From the NCBI RefSeq assembly GCF_963921235.1, contig NC_086097.1, positions 16,368,001-16,432,000 of the forward strand: a stretch of 64,000 nt of DNA, in the 5' to 3' direction. The stretch is from Mobula hypostoma (taxonomy: Eukaryota). The translations under genes and the position numbers were made by a program. Numbering within the stretch: the stretch's first letter is position 1; each line of letters starts with the position of its first letter. A model generated the notes under the pieces. The model made no database searches and was not told the DNA's origin. It worked only from the letters and a program-made list of their open reading frames with translations. Positions 39,901-53,585 of the stretch are shown one piece after another.

Positions 39901-41675
39901 GAGCAAGAGGATAAGATGTGAGAGAATAAGACCAATCAAGTGTGACAGTGGAAAAGCGTGTATGGAACTGGAGGAGATAGCAGAGATACTTAATGAATAC
40001 TTTGCTTCAGTATTCACTATGGAAAAGGATCTAGGCAATTGTAGGGTTGACTTGCAGTGGACTGAAAAGCTTCAGTATATAGTCATTAAGAAAGAGGATG
40101 TGCTGGAGCTTTTGGAAAGCATCAAGTTGGATAGGTCACTGGGACTGGACGAGATGTACCCCAGGCTACTGTGAGAGGCAAGGGAGGAGATTGCTGAGCC
40201 TCTGGCAGTGATCTTTGCATCATCAATGTGGACGGGAGAGGTTCTAGAGGATTGGAGGTTTGCAGATGTTCCCTTATTCAAGAAAGGGAGTAGGGATAGC
40301 CCAGGAAATTATAGACCAGTATGTCTTACTTCAGTGGTTGGTAAGTTGATGGAAAAGATCCTGAGAGGCGGGATTTATGAACATTTGGAGAGGCATAATA
40401 TGATTAGGAATAATCAGCATGGCTTTGTGAAATGCAGGTCATGCTTTACGAGCCTGATTGAATTTTTTGAGGATGTGACTAAACACATAGATGAAGGTAG
40501 CATAGTAGATGTAGTGTATATAGATTTCAGCAAGGCATTTGATAAATTACCCCATGCAAGGCTTAGTGTAGGTATTCTCAATCCAAGGGGACCTTGCTTT
40601 GTGGATCCAGAATTGGCTTGCCCACATAAGGCAAAGAGTGGTTGTAGACGGGTCACATTCTGCATGGAGATTGGTGACCAGTGGTGTGCCTCAGGGATCT
40701 GTTCTGGGACCCCCTACTCTTCGTGATTTTTATAAATGACCTGGATGAGGAAATGGAGGGATAGGTTAGTAAATTTGCTGATGACACAAAGGTTGGGGGT
40801 GTTGTGGATAGTGTGGAGGGCTGTAGGAGTTTGCAGTGGGATATTGATAGGATGCAAAACTGGGCTGAGAAGTGGCAGATGGAGTTCAACCCAGATAAGT
40901 ATGAGGTCATTCATTTTGGTAAGTCAAATATGATGGCAGAATATAGTATTAATGGTAAGACTCTTGGCAGGGTGGAGGAGCAGAGGGATCTTGGACTCCA
41001 TAGGACACTCAAAGCTGCTGTGCAGGTTGACTCTGTGGTTAAGAAGGCATACAGTGCATTGGCCTTCATCAATCGTGGGACTGAGTTTAAGAGCCGAGAG
41101 GTAATGTTGCAGCTATATAGGACCCTGGTCAGACCCCACTTGGAGTACTGTGCTCAGTTCTGGTCGCCTCACTACAGGAAGGATGTGGAAACTATAGAAA
41201 GGGTGCAGAGGAGATTTACCAGGATGTTTCCTGGATTGGGGAGCATGCCTTATGAGGATAAGTTGAGCAAACTCGGCCTTTTCTCCTTGGAGCGATGGAG
41301 GATGAGAGGTGACCTGATAGAAGTGTATAAGATGATGAGAGGTATTGATCATGTGGATGGCCAGAGGCTTTTTTCCCAGGGTTGAAATAGCTAACACGAG
41401 AGGGCACAGATTTAAGGTGCTTGGAAGTTGGTAAGAGGAGATGTCAGGGGTAGGTTTTTTACACAGAAAGTGGTGAGTGCATGGAATGGGCTGCTGGCAA
41501 TAGTGGTGGAAACGGTTAAGATAGGGTCTTTTAAGAGACTCTTGGACAGGTACATGGGGCTCCAAAAAATAGAGAGCTATGGGTAACCTTAAGTAACTTC
41601 TAAAGTAAGTACGTGTTCCGCACAGCATTGTGGGCCAAAGGGCCTGTCTTGTGCTGTAGGCTTTCTATGTTTCTA
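36940..41675 (+). mobile_element. Near full-length degenerate CR1 LINE
   Basis: ORF1 remnants: zinc finger FCTGYQMW...ICARC and SGNH esterase PEVVVHVGTN. ORF2 remnants: APE (YFNAKSI, VVAITETW, LDLVLGN...DSDHN) and RT (NYRPVCLTS, DFSKAFD, FADD region, RPHLEYCAQFWSP). Ends in a ttctatgtttcta tail. Many stops and frameshifts. Confidence 0.92.
38596..39255 (-). mobile_element. 5'-truncated CR1 inserted antisense into the larger CR1
   Basis: ORF 38736-39212(-) is a CR1 ORF2 C-terminus. The atagaaacatagaa tail starts at 38596. Confidence 0.88.
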
Positions 41676-42779
41676 GAAAGTTCTCAAAATGGGTAACATG
41701 CAATAAGTGTATAATTTACTTCAGTAATATTGGCTAAGAGATCAGTGTTGACCACGACGGGGGGAGGGGGGGCGGTGAGGGGGTTATAATTGCCCCCACT
41801 GAGCACATTTACAGGGTGCACTGCCATACCATCCTGGCCATGCTCTCTTCTTGCTGCTGCCACCGGCAAGTAGGTACAGGAGTCTTTGGTCCCAACAACC
41901 AGGTTCAGGAACAGTTATTATCCTTCAACCATCAGGCTCCTGAACCATCATGGGTAACTCCACTCACCTCAATGCTGAACTGATTCCACAACTTATAGAT
42001 TCACTTTCAAAGTCGGCAACTTATGTTCTCAGTATTATTTATATATTTATTGTTATTTTCTTTCTTTTCGTATTTGCAGTTTGTCTTTTGCACATTGCTC
42101 ATTTTATTAGTCTTTGTGTAGTTTTTCAATGTTTCCATTGTACTTTTTTTGTTCTACTGTGAATGCCCGCAAGAAAATGTATCTTAAGGTAGTATTTGGG
42201 TGACATAAACTTTGATAATAAATTTACTTCACATTACTTTTCCTGTCCTTGAAATGGTGTCATTGAATCTGTGGCCTTAGTTTAACATCTCATTCATATG
42301 CTGGCTCCTCAGCGCAGCATTGGAGTGTCAGACTAGGTCTCTAGAATGGAGTTTGAACCTAAAACATTGTGTCTGAGATTCAGGAGTACTATTCACTAAG
42401 TTTCAGTTGAAGTTTACCTTCGGGAACAGCACGGTAGAATGGACTTTGGTCAAGTTTTAAAAAGTATCGTCCTCACACGAGAGGAGCTGACAGCTGAGTG
42501 TGGAGTCAAATCAAAGGGTGGCTAGGGAGTCGAGCTCTAATTTATCCCTTAATCTCCTCGGAGGATCTCCCAGGATAGAAAGTCACTTTGCTCACTCACC
42601 CACAAAGGCAATGGTTTCTTTGAAGTGCAAGGTTGTATTTGGACTCCTCAGCCACTGTTTAATCCCATGTGAGAGATGATCCAGCTCAACTGCAGACAGG
42701 GTGACAACGCTTCTGAAAATGGCGGGGCTGCAGCAGATCACAGTGTGCTGTTCCTCCCTTTACTCCTCTGCTCCTGTAC

Positions 42780-43325
42780 ATCGGTGAGACCTAAAGTAGA
42801 TTGAAGGATCGTTTTGCCAAGTACCGTCGCTCCAGCTTTCCCCATGGCCACTCATTTTAATTCTACTCCTATTCCATTCCGACACGACATGCCATGGTTT
42901 CCTCTCCTGCCACTCCCAGGGTGGAGAAGCAACACTTCAGATTCTGTCTGGGTAGCCTCCAACCAGATGGCATGAACATCGATTTCTCTAACTTCCGGTA
43001 ATATCCCACTCCCCCTTATCTCTTTTTCCATTCCCCTACTCTGGCTCCCCCCAAACCCTTCTCCTCTCTTCATATTCCTTCTCCTCTCCTAACTGTCATC
43101 TCCTTTTGTTGCCCTTTCTCCTTCTCTTTCTCCCATTGTCCATTCTCTTCTCCTATCAGATTCCCTCTTTTTTAAGCCTTCTACCTCTTCCAATCATTAT
43201 CTCTTAGTTTTTCACTTTATGACCCCCTTCCCCATTCCCAACCTTTTCCCCTCACCTGGTTTCACCAGCATGTACTCCTTCCCCCACCCCCACTTCTACC
43301 CACTTTCCAGTCCTGATTAAGGGTA
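42780..43325 (+). mobile_element. Penelope-like 3' fragment
   Basis: Similar to the reverse complement of 25660-26200 (gggtagcctccaaccagatggcatgaacatcgatttc). Pyrimidine-rich UTR ends at a truncated hammerhead start, cagtcctgattaagggt. Confidence 0.7.
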
Positions 43326-43440
43326 TTGGGGTTACTCTAGGGCCAAGGGCAAGACACAGTACCACGCAGCACAACGTACATACAGTATTTACTGAAGGTT
43401 TACACAAGGCTTACTGAATGTTTAGTGTCTGTCTTGTCCT

Positions 43441-43531
43441 GTGAGTAAATAGTTAACTTGTCTTCTGTCAAGTAAGTAAATAGTTAACTTGCCTTCTGTC
43501 AAGTAAGTATAGTTAACTTGTCTTCTGTAAC
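43441..43531 (+). repeat. Three tandem ~31-bp units
   Basis: gt(g/a)agtaaatagttaacttg(t/c)cttctgtcaa repeated three times. Confidence 0.85.
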
Positions 43532-43807
43532 TTGTCCCACTCATCAAGACATTGGTGTTTGTAGGAGCTTATAGTGAGCACATTGTCTGCAGTGTTACAG
43601 CAGAGACACTTCAAAAAGGTGCTACACAATTGCAGGGGTGTCTTATTTATTTTACTTAGACATTTAGAGATACAGCACGAAAACAGCCCTTTCTGGACCA
43701 ATGAGCACGCACCACATGTGATCAATTACCCTAACAATCCATACATCTTTAAGTAAGGGAGGAAATCGTAGTATCTGGAGGAAACCTGCAAGGTCATGGG
43801 GAGAATG

Positions 43808-44445
43808 TCATAGGGTCATAGAAAAATACAGCACAGAAACAGGCTCTTCAGCCCATCTAATCCAGGCCAAACCATTTAAACTGCCTATTCCCATCGACCT
43901 GCATGGGGACCATAGCTCTCCATATCTCTACTATCTGTATACCTATCCAAACTTCTCTTAGATGTTGAAATCAAGCTTGCATGCACACTTATGCTGGCAG
44001 CTCATTCCACACTCTCACAACCCTCTGAGTAACGAAGTTTGCCCCCATGTTCCTCTGAAACTTTTCATTTAACCCATGACCTCTAGTTATAGTCCCATCC
44101 AACCTCAGTGGAAAAAGCCTGCTTGCATTCACCCTGTCTACACCCCCCATAACTGTGTACATCTCTATCAAATATCCCCTCAATCTTTTACGTTCCAAGG
44201 AATAAAGTCCTAACCTATCCAATTTTCCCTTATAACTCAGGTCCTCCAGTACCAGCAACATCCTTGTAAAATTTCTCTCTACTCTTTCATCCATATTTAC
44301 ATCTTTCCTGTATGTAGGTGGCCAAAACTGCACACAGTACTCCAAGTCAGCCCTCATCAACATCTTATACAATTTCAGCATAAAACCCATCTCCTAGACT
44401 CAATACTTTGATTTATGAAGGCCAAAGTGACAAAAACTTTCTTGT
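43808..44445 (-). mobile_element. CR1 3' fragment
   Basis: ORF 43989-44390(-) includes DLEYCVQFWPPTYRKD. Confidence 0.85.
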
Positions 44446-44924
44446 ACAAACTCCTTACAGACAGTAGCAGAATTGATCTCGAGATAACCACTACACTATC
44501 ATGCCACTCTGAAACAAATGACGTTTCCGCTCAGCAGTTTCACATCCAGAAACCAATTCTACGATAATATCCCATTTATATGAACCTGTTGTTTTACCCT
44601 CACCATAAGTATTATTAACCGTGAGTTGCTTCTGCTGGTGACTTGAGCTGATGGTGAGACGTGACCCTGTGTTGTGCTTATGAAGGCTTTGGTATGTCAG
44701 GGTGAAATTCACTGGTTAGCACCTCATGAAAGGGACATCTGCTTATGAGGAGGAAATTGGCAAATTGGTATATTATTGTTACATGTACTGAGGTACTGTG
44801 GTGAACTTTGTTTTGCCTGCCATCCATATAGAATATTTCATTATGACGGTGCCCTGAGGCAATACAAGGGAAAGCAACAGCAGAATGCAGAATAAAGTAT
44901 TACAGTGCAGTGAGACAATAAGAT

Positions 44925-45486
44925 TTGAGGAACATTTGGAGATATTGCCTACTGTTCTGGTCGCCCCACTAAAGGAAGGATTTTGAGGCTTTGGAGAGGA
45001 TGCAGAAGAGATTTACCAGGATACTGGCTGGTTTAGAGGGCATGTGCTATCACAAGGGACTGGACAAATTTGGGTTGCTTTCTCTGGAGCATCGGAGGCT
45101 GAGGGGGGAACAGATAGAAGTTTACAAGATTATGAGAGGCATAGATAGAGTGTCTGCTTCCCAGGGTTGAAGTGTCTAATGCCAGAGGGCATGCATTGAA
45201 TGTGAGACGGGGTAGGTTTAAGTGGGATGTGAGTGGTAAACTTTTTACTCAGAGAGTGGTGGTTGCTTGGAATGCACAGCCAGGTATGGTGCGAGAGGCA
45301 AATACATTACAGACTTCTAAGAGACGGTTAGATAGGCACATGGATGCAAGGAAGATGGAGGGATATTGTCATGGTGTAGGTAGAAGGGATTAATGTTTGG
45401 GGATTTTGATTTTCCTTATAGCTGGTTTGGCACAACGTTATGGGCCAAGTGCCCTGTTCCTGTGCTGTACTGTTCTATGTTTTATG
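44925..45486 (+). mobile_element. CR1 3' fragment
   Basis: LFTQRVVVAWNA motif and a ttctatgttttatgt tail. Confidence 0.8.
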
Positions 45487-46037
45487 TTAAGAGTCCATCT
45501 TCACTTGAATTTAGGAGTGCATGTTTACAAAGTTCAGACGGTTTATCACAGTTGTGCAGTTAGTTGTGCACAAATCTCTCGTGCGGAGATTTTGCATTCC
45601 TCCAGCTGCTCCAGTCTCATCCCACATCCCAAACGTGTGTGGGTTGGTGGATTAAAGGTCCAATTTAAATTGCCCCCCGCCCCCCCCCCCCGTTTGTAGG
45701 TGAGTGAGTAGAATCTGGTGGGGAGGGTGGAGCTGATGAGGCTGTGGAACAAATAAGCAAGGCAATTAATATAAGATTAGTGTAGTCAAGGGTTCCCAAC
45801 CTGGGGTCGATGGACCTCTTGGTTAATGGTATTGGTCGAAGGCATAAAAAAGGTTGGGAACCCAAGGAGTAAGTGATGGTTGATGGTCGTTTCAGACTCA
45901 GTGGACTGAAGCACCTGACTCTGTGCTGTATCTCTCCATGACTCTGTGACAAATTCCTTTTTAATTGGGGTGAAACAGCATGGCAGCAATCGATGTACTA
46001 CTGTTGTGCCATTATTTCCAGACTAAAGATCTCCTTT

Positions 46038-46250
46038 GCCGGCTGCTGGCGTAGTGGCATCAGTGCTGGACTTCGGAGCGAAGGCTCCCGAGTTCGAATC
46101 CAGCCAGCTCCCTTGCACGCTTTCCATCCGTGCTGGGTTGAGCGTCCAGCTAGCAACTCTGCTGCGTAAAAATATGAAAGCCTGCTAAAAAAAAATGCGG
46201 TCATGACGGTGTCCCAATGACTCCACTCAGAGCTAAGGGCTTTCTTCTTC
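46038..46250 (+). mobile_element. tRNA-derived SINE (distinct family)
   Basis: A box TGGCGTAGTGG, B box GTTCGAATCC and a (ttc)n tail. Perfect 13-bp TSD aaagatctccttt (46025-46037, 46251-46263). Confidence 0.85.
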
Positions 46251-48964
46251 AAAGATCTCCTTTTTAGTTTTCTATCCAACCCTCAGATACATCACTCCAT
46301 TGTTGCAAGGTAAAGCTATCTTTATGATCCATCAGCTAAATTAGTGGCATGGCAACTAAGATCAATAACTCAGGTGGATGATAAGGAATAAGCCCTCCTC
46401 GGATTTTTGTTTATCCGGATGCTGGGTTTTGACCAGTCCTTTCCTCTCACAAATGCTGCTTCAACCGTTGAGTTCCTCCAGCAGATCGTTTGTTACTAAA
46501 GAAGAGTAGCCTTTTCCCCGAACATGAAGAGAGATATCAATCATCTTCATTGGTAACAGTGGATAGAAAGTAACTTCTTCCCGTTTGCCTTTGAGTTAAA
46601 CGCATGTGAAGCCCTCAATGCGCTTCATGGTTTCCTTCCACAATCCAAAGTCATACAAGATAGGGTTAGTAAGCTGTGGGCATGCTATGTTGATGCCGGA
46701 AATGTGTCAACATTTGCAGGCTTCCCTGATGCATTTCACTGGATGTTCAAAGTTCAAAGTAAATTTATTACCAAAGTGCACATATGTTACCATAAACAAT
46801 CCTGAGATTCATTTTCCTGTGAGCATACTTAGTAAATGTGAAGAAACAAAAAGAAAGTGAAGTAATATTAATAAATAAATAAGCAATATTTTGAAGAACA
46901 GGAGGGAGTTATCCTTGGGTTTTCACTGCATAGATGCTGCCTGCCCCGTTGAGTGTTTTCTGTTTTAATTCTGGACTTAAGAACTTTTACAGCTTCTCAA
47001 TTTTCATTTACCTCTATTGTCCCATCCAATGCCTATCCCTTTTCCAGTATAGTACGGCCGTGTCCGCACTGAAGTTTTTGGGAGCTTGTTGTACACACCT
47101 GGTTACTGCATTACAACAAAAGATACAGCTTCACATAAAAAACGCATCTGAACACTTTCACTTGATTTCATCCATTTCACTAATACTTTGAAGGTTTAGT
47201 ATGGCAACTACTTTGCCCATGACTACAAGAAACTGTAGAAAGTTGTGGACACAGCTCAGCACATCATGGAAGCCAGCCACCCCTACACTGACTCTGCATT
47301 TCTCACTGCCTTGGTAAAGCAGACAACATAATCGAAGACCCCATCCATCCTGGACATCCTCTCTTCTCCCTTCTCCCATCGAGCCAAAGATACAAAAGCC
47401 TGAAAGCACACTCCACCAGGCTCAAAGGCAACTTCCATCCTGCAGTAATGAGACTATTGAACGATTCCCTTGTATAATAAGTCAGGCTCTGTACCTCGTT
47501 GTTACTTTACACCTTACTGTCTCACTGCCCTGCACTTTCTCTATAACTGTCACACTTTACTCTGCATTATTTATTTATTTATCTATCTATGTATAAGCTT
47601 CTCCCCAGGCTTGTATACAAACTCAGCTCATTAGCCAACTCTGCTAACAGCCACGTGACTCAGCGGTGAGCAGACCACCTTTCATAAACAATACATGTCT
47701 AGGGTTGGTATGATTTGGGGTTCAACCAAACAGGAAAGTTATGATGTTCCAAACAAAGAGCATAGGTCATAGCAAATGTGTGTAAATACTGCCCATATGC
47801 AGTTATTGATACCCCAGAAACGACAGATCGTACACTAGTATAAAATTAGAAAGGAAGTATAATTACCAAATTTTCAACTTTAATGAACAGTTACAGAAAA
47901 ATAAAAGAAAAAATAAAAGGGCCCATTACAGTTAAAGCAGTCCAATGTGCACATGAACGTTGGAGCTCATTTCTGGATTAGTTGGGGGCATATCACTTTA
48001 CTCACGTGCTGGACCCACGGTCTGTGTAAAAGGATCCACCACATTCTGAATATCCCTCAAGGACCATCTCAAACACACAGGCTAGCTCACGAGTATTGGC
48101 CCTCCCACCTTGGAGCTGTTCATCTGCACAAAGCACTTCTTGCAAGGGGGAGTCTCATTCCAACAGCATTCTGCAGCACCTTCTCTTGTACCCCGCTCTG
48201 CGGCTCCAGCCAAAAGAGCCCAAAACCAGACTACTGACCTTCAGAAAGCTGATCCCGTACAGCTCTGCTGAATCATCCACTGGGCTGAAAGTTACAACTG
48301 GCTGACACAACATTCTGAAGTTGGACAACATGGCTCCTTATCTTTAGCCAAAGCCAAAACACTCTTTCCAGCAGGATACACTGCTTTTACAGAAAACTGT
48401 TAAAATACCTCACAGCATAGCAGTAGAAATCTTAACCAGGGCATGACATATTTATTGATTGATTCATTGATACAGCGCGGAGTAGGCCCTTCGAGCAACG
48501 GTGCTCCAGCACCCCTGACAAACCTGATTAACCATAACATCATCATGAAGAATTTACAATGACCAATTAACCTACCTGGTACATCTTTGGACTTTGGTTG
48601 GAGACTAGTGTACTCAGGAAAACCAAATGCTTTCCATGGGGAGGACGTACCCCCTCTCACTGAACTCCAAACTCCAAAACGCTCTCAGATGTAAAAATTT
48701 CACACTCACCACTACACTAGTGTAGCACCCTTTTTGTTCTATCTTGTACTATGTTAATGAATTGATGTATATGGATGGCATCCAAGACAAGTTTTTCACT
48801 GTATCTTAGTATATGTGACAATAATAAACCAATTTACCAATTTAACTTTCCCAGTCTGATAAAAAGCCCCTCATCTGAAATATTAAGCATTTCACTTCCA
48901 ATGAATACAGCCTGACTTGCTGAGAGGTTCCAGTATTTTCCATTTTCTGCTTCTTTTTCGACAT

Positions 48965-50998
48965 GTCAATGAACCAGAATTGGTTAGCGAGCTTAAGGTA
49001 AAAGAACCCTGAGGGGAGTGTGATCATAATATGATCGAATTCACCCTGAAATCTGAGAAGGAGAAGCTAAAGTCAGATGTGTTAGTATTACAGTGGAGTA
49101 AAGGGAATTACGAGGCTTGAGAAAGGAGTTGGCCAGAATACATTGGAAAAGAACACTGGCAGGGATGATGGCAGTGCAGCAGTGGCTGGAATTTCTGGAA
49201 TCAATTCGGAAGGTACTGGATATATACATCCCAACGAGGAAGAAGTATTTGAAAGGAAAGGTGACACAATCGTGGTTAGCAAGAGAAGTTGAAGCCAACA
49301 TAAAGTCAAAGAAGGGCATATTGCAGTGCAAAAATTAGCGGGAAGTCAGAGGATTGGGAAGCTTTTAAAAACCAACAGAAGGCAACTAAAAAGTCATTAA
49401 GAATGAAAAGATGGAATATGAAAGTAAGCTAGCCAATAATATTAATGAGGATACCAAAAGTTTCTTCAGAAACATAAAGTGTAAAAGAGAGGTGAGAGTG
49501 GATAATGGACGACTGGACCACTGGAAAATGATGCTGGAGAGGTATTAATGGGAAACAACGAACTAGAGAGAAGTTCTTGGGAAACTGAAAAGTCTAAAGG
49601 TAGATAAGTCACCTGGACACGATTGTGTACAGATCAGAGTTCGAAAAGAGGTGGCTGAAGAGATCGTGGAGGCATTAGTAATGATCTTTCAAGATTCAGA
49701 GTTCTTGGAGGCACATGATAAAATAGGTCGTAGCCACCATGGTTTCCTCAAGGGAAAGTCTTGCTTGACAAATCTGTTGGAATTCTTTGAAGAAATAACA
49801 CACAGGATACACAAAGGAGAATTGGCTGATGTTGTATACTTGGATTTTTAAAGTCCTTTGACAAGGTTTCACACATGAGGCTGTGAGCATATGGTATTAC
49901 AGGAAAGATTCTAGCATGGATAAAGCAGTGGCTGATAGGCAGGAGGCAAAGAGTGAGAATAAAGGGAGCCTTTTCTGGCTGGCTGTTGGTGACTAGTAGT
50001 CTTCTGCAGGGGTCTGTGTTGGGACTGATTCTTTTTACATTATATGTCAATGGTTTGGATGATGGAATTGATGGCTTTGTTGCAAAGTTTGCAGGCTATA
50101 TGAAGATAGGTAGAGGGAATGTAGTTTTTGAGGAAGTAGAAAGGCTACAGAAGGAGTTAGACAGATTAGGAGAATGGGCAAAGAAATGGCAGATGGAATA
50201 CAGTGTTGGGAGGTGTATGGTAATGCACTTTGGTAGAAGAAATGAAACGGTTAACTATTTTCTAAATTGAGAGAAAATACAAAAAAAAAACTGAGGTGCA
50301 AAAGAACTAGGGAATTCTTGTGCAGGATTCCCTAAAAGTTAACTTGCAGATTGAGTCTGTGGTGAGGAAGGCAAATGCAATGTTAGCATTCATTTCAAGA
50401 GGACTAGAATATAAAAGCAAGGATGTAATATGGAGACTTTATAAAGCACTGATGAGGCCTCACTTGAAGTATTGTGAGCAGTTTTGGGCCCCTTATCTTA
50501 GAAAGGATGTGCTGAAACTTGAGAGGGTTCAAAAGAGGTTCATGAAAACGATTCCAAGATTGAATGGCTTGTCAAATGAAGAGCGTTTGATGGCTGTGGG
50601 CCTGTATTCACTGGAATTCAGAAGAATGAGGGGTGACTTTATTGAAACCTATCAAATGGTGAGAGGCCTTGATAGAGTGGATTTGGAGAGGATGTTTTCT
50701 ATGGTGGGAGAGTCTAAGACCAGTGGACATAACCCAGAACAAGAGGGTGTCCTTTTAGAATGGAGATAAGGAGGGAATTGTTTTGCCAGAGAGTGGTCAA
50801 TCTGTGGAATCTGTGATGCAGCTGTGGAGGGCAAGTCTTTATATATATTTAAGGCAGAGGCTGTCAGGGCATGAAAGGATACATGGAGAAGGCAGGAAAT
50901 TAGGGCTGAGAGGAAAAGTGGATCAGCCATGATGGAGTGGTGGAGAAGATGTGGTGGGTCAAATGCCCTAATTCTGCTGCAATATCTCATGGTCTTAT
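48965..50998 (+). mobile_element. 5'-truncated CR1 LINE with internal deletions
   Basis: ORF2 fragments HHGFLKGKSCLTNLLEFFEE, QGSVLGLILF and RPHLKYCEQFWAPY. Ends in an atggtctt tail. Confidence 0.88.
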
Positions 50999-53359
50999 GT
51001 CAGTTCAGTTTTTCTTTCTTTATCCTGCAAGTTTCACCTTCCTGCTTGCCAGGTCCCACCATTACACAGACCGGAGGCTTAATGTGCTAATAACCACTGT
51101 CATTAAGCTATTTTGACTCATCCTATCACACTAATTCTACATACTCCACTCCCACCTCCTCTCTACTGTAACTAAATTGCACCTCTCTTTTACCCCAGTT
51201 CTGATGAAAGGTTGTAGATCTGAAATGTTGACTGTTTTCCTTTCCCACAGATGCTGCTTGATATGTTAAGTTTTTTCAGCATGCTTTTTTTTTACTTCAA
51301 AACATATTTTCTTCGATTTAAGCATCTGGGGGTGTTCTGAAGTAGCCAAAGCTGTAGTAGAAGTCTTTTTCTGCTCTATTAGCATCCCAACTGAAGTCTT
51401 GTTAGAATAAAAAGGCTTTCATACCTACAGTGTCTTTTGGAACTTTGCTTCGTCCCAAAGCACTTATCAAATACTGATGTACTTTAGAACTGTTGTAAAG
51501 ATGGAAAACACTGTGGCCAAATGCTACAGCACCACATGATTATTTTAAGGCGGAGGACATGTCACTGAGTATATTTAAAGCAGGCGTTGAAAGGTTCTTG
51601 ATTAATCAGGGTGTCAAAGGTCAAAGGGGGAGAAGGCAGGAGAATGGGGTTCAGAGGGATAATAAGTCAGCCATGACAGAATAATGGAGCAGACACGATA
51701 GGCCGAGTGGGTAATTCTACTCTTACGTCTTATGGTTATTTTAGTTGTTAGTGTTGAAATCATCTCGTAAACACTAAAAGATGAGCTTTTGATCTCCCCG
51801 TCTACCTCAATGTGGGCCTTGCACCATGCTTTCTCAGTAACTGTTGCATGTTGTTTTTCCTTTTTATTACCTTGATGTACATACATATGGAATGCTCTGT
51901 CTGAATGGCACATAAGCAAAAAGCTTTTTACTGTATCTCGGTATATGTGAAAATAAGAAACCAATATTCATGCTTCACCTGTGCCTCCTCTCACTATACT
52001 AGTTCGCCTTCTCTATGTGTCCTTCTATTTCCTCACCGTGCATTCACCTACGTAAAAGCATGGTCATCACTTCTAAACGACAGCATCTCCAACTCTGCGG
52101 CGTCCCTCAGTGCTGGAGCATCAGGCCAGGTTTTTGTGGCTGACTGCTCAGAGGAGGATCCAAACCTAGAACCCTGTGAGGTAACCCAGAAAAGCATGAC
52201 TGCAAGCCGTTAGAGTGTTTCTGTGATGGGCCTGGTGGGGCGAAGGAGCTCAGTGTTCCAAGCAACTAATGGTTTCTCTCAAGTAAGACTGTCAGTGATG
52301 CCTACCATCAGTTGGAAACATGTTCACTCTCCGAGCCTTTGACCCCATGGTCATTTTTACAAGGCACCTTGCATATGTCTGAATCCCTGGGGAAAAGAGG
52401 CAAGCGTTCTATTGTTTAAACACTTTCTCTTTTGAAAACGACTCAAGATCAATTTACACTGAAGGGTAAATGCCGAAAAGCGAAGAGTGCTCTGGAGTCC
52501 ATCCCGACTGCGGAGCTAACGGAACAAGACGGTTTTGTGCTGTTTGATTCTGAAGCCCTCAGACAGTCGCAGTGCACCAACTATTTATTTCACATGAGCA
52601 TGTGTCCGTGACAACCACAGACCACAACACTCACTCATCCTGTGCTGTGTAGCCACCGCATGCCGTTGTCCAGTACTGGTAAGTGGCTGTAATACCCACA
52701 TCTAATAAGAAGCAGTATAGGGCAGTGGGTCACTTTGTACACTCTGGTGTGATGTGTATATTTTTAAAATGTGAAAGAATTTATTTTTGTAGCAGTAATA
52801 TTGATACAGACTGTGGTACTGTATTCTGAGGCAAACTTAGTTTACGATAAAATTAAACCACAAAGCAGACTTAGCTTATGAGGTTGCCAATTAGACCTGG
52901 ACAAAGGAACTAGAATCATGCAATCATTCACGTTTCACATCGCATTGAAACAATGAGGCAGATCTTCTGTTGACCTGAGCTTGTCAGACGCTTGACCTTG
53001 GACTCTGCTAACGTAGCCCTGGCCTTGGCTGCTGAGGTGGCTGTAAGTAATCGAACAGCCCAGTGCAGCAAGGCACACTTTGACTTGCAGCTTTGTTATA
53101 AGTTAAAGTTTGATGGAGGGTTTCAGAATGGATTCCTTCTTCTCTTCATCCCTGAGATACTGGCATAAGACAAGTCAACTTGGGTTTTTCATCATGTACA
53201 TAACTACAGTGAGCTGCAGGTAAAGTGAAAACCTTCAGGACAACACACACGATATAACATATACAATGGACTCACACTGGAATATTCACAAAACTTCATA
53301 AAGACCCAATAAACTCATAAATAAAAGTATGATTTACAAAGCACTAAAAACTTCCAGAG

Positions 53360-53585
53360 TAACACATCAAAAATGCTGGAGGAACTCAGCAGGCCAGGCA
53401 GCATCTATGGAAAGGAATAAAGAGTTGGCATTTTGGGCCAAGACTCTTCATCAGGGCTCGAGTCTCAGCCTGAAATGTTTACACTTACATTCCCATCCAT
53501 AGATGCTGCCTGTCCTGCCATGTTCCTCCAGTATTTTGCATGTGTTGCTGTAGATTTGCAGCATCTGCAGAATCTCTCTTGTGTT
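53360..53585. repeat. Fold-back PLE-derived mini-element (older)
   Basis: aaatgctggaggaactcagcaggccaggcagcatctatgga ... tccatagatgctgcctgtcctgccatgttcctccagtatttt, with hammerhead remnants of both orientations in the centre. No clear TSD. Confidence 0.75.

Noticed and set aside
36940..41675. Active autonomous CR1, or a domesticated RT/esterase gene
   Set aside because: Multiple stops, frameshifts and an antisense insertion break both ORFs.
43441..43531. CRISPR-like array
   Set aside because: Head-to-tail tandem repeats with no spacers, in vertebrate-type DNA with no cas genes.
46038..46112. tRNA gene
   Set aside because: It has A/B boxes but continues into a SINE body and tail bounded by a 13-bp TSD. 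The same applies to 6775-6850.
47807..48448. Possible ERV-like solo LTR (TG...CA)
   Set aside because: No clean TSD and no second copy in the window.
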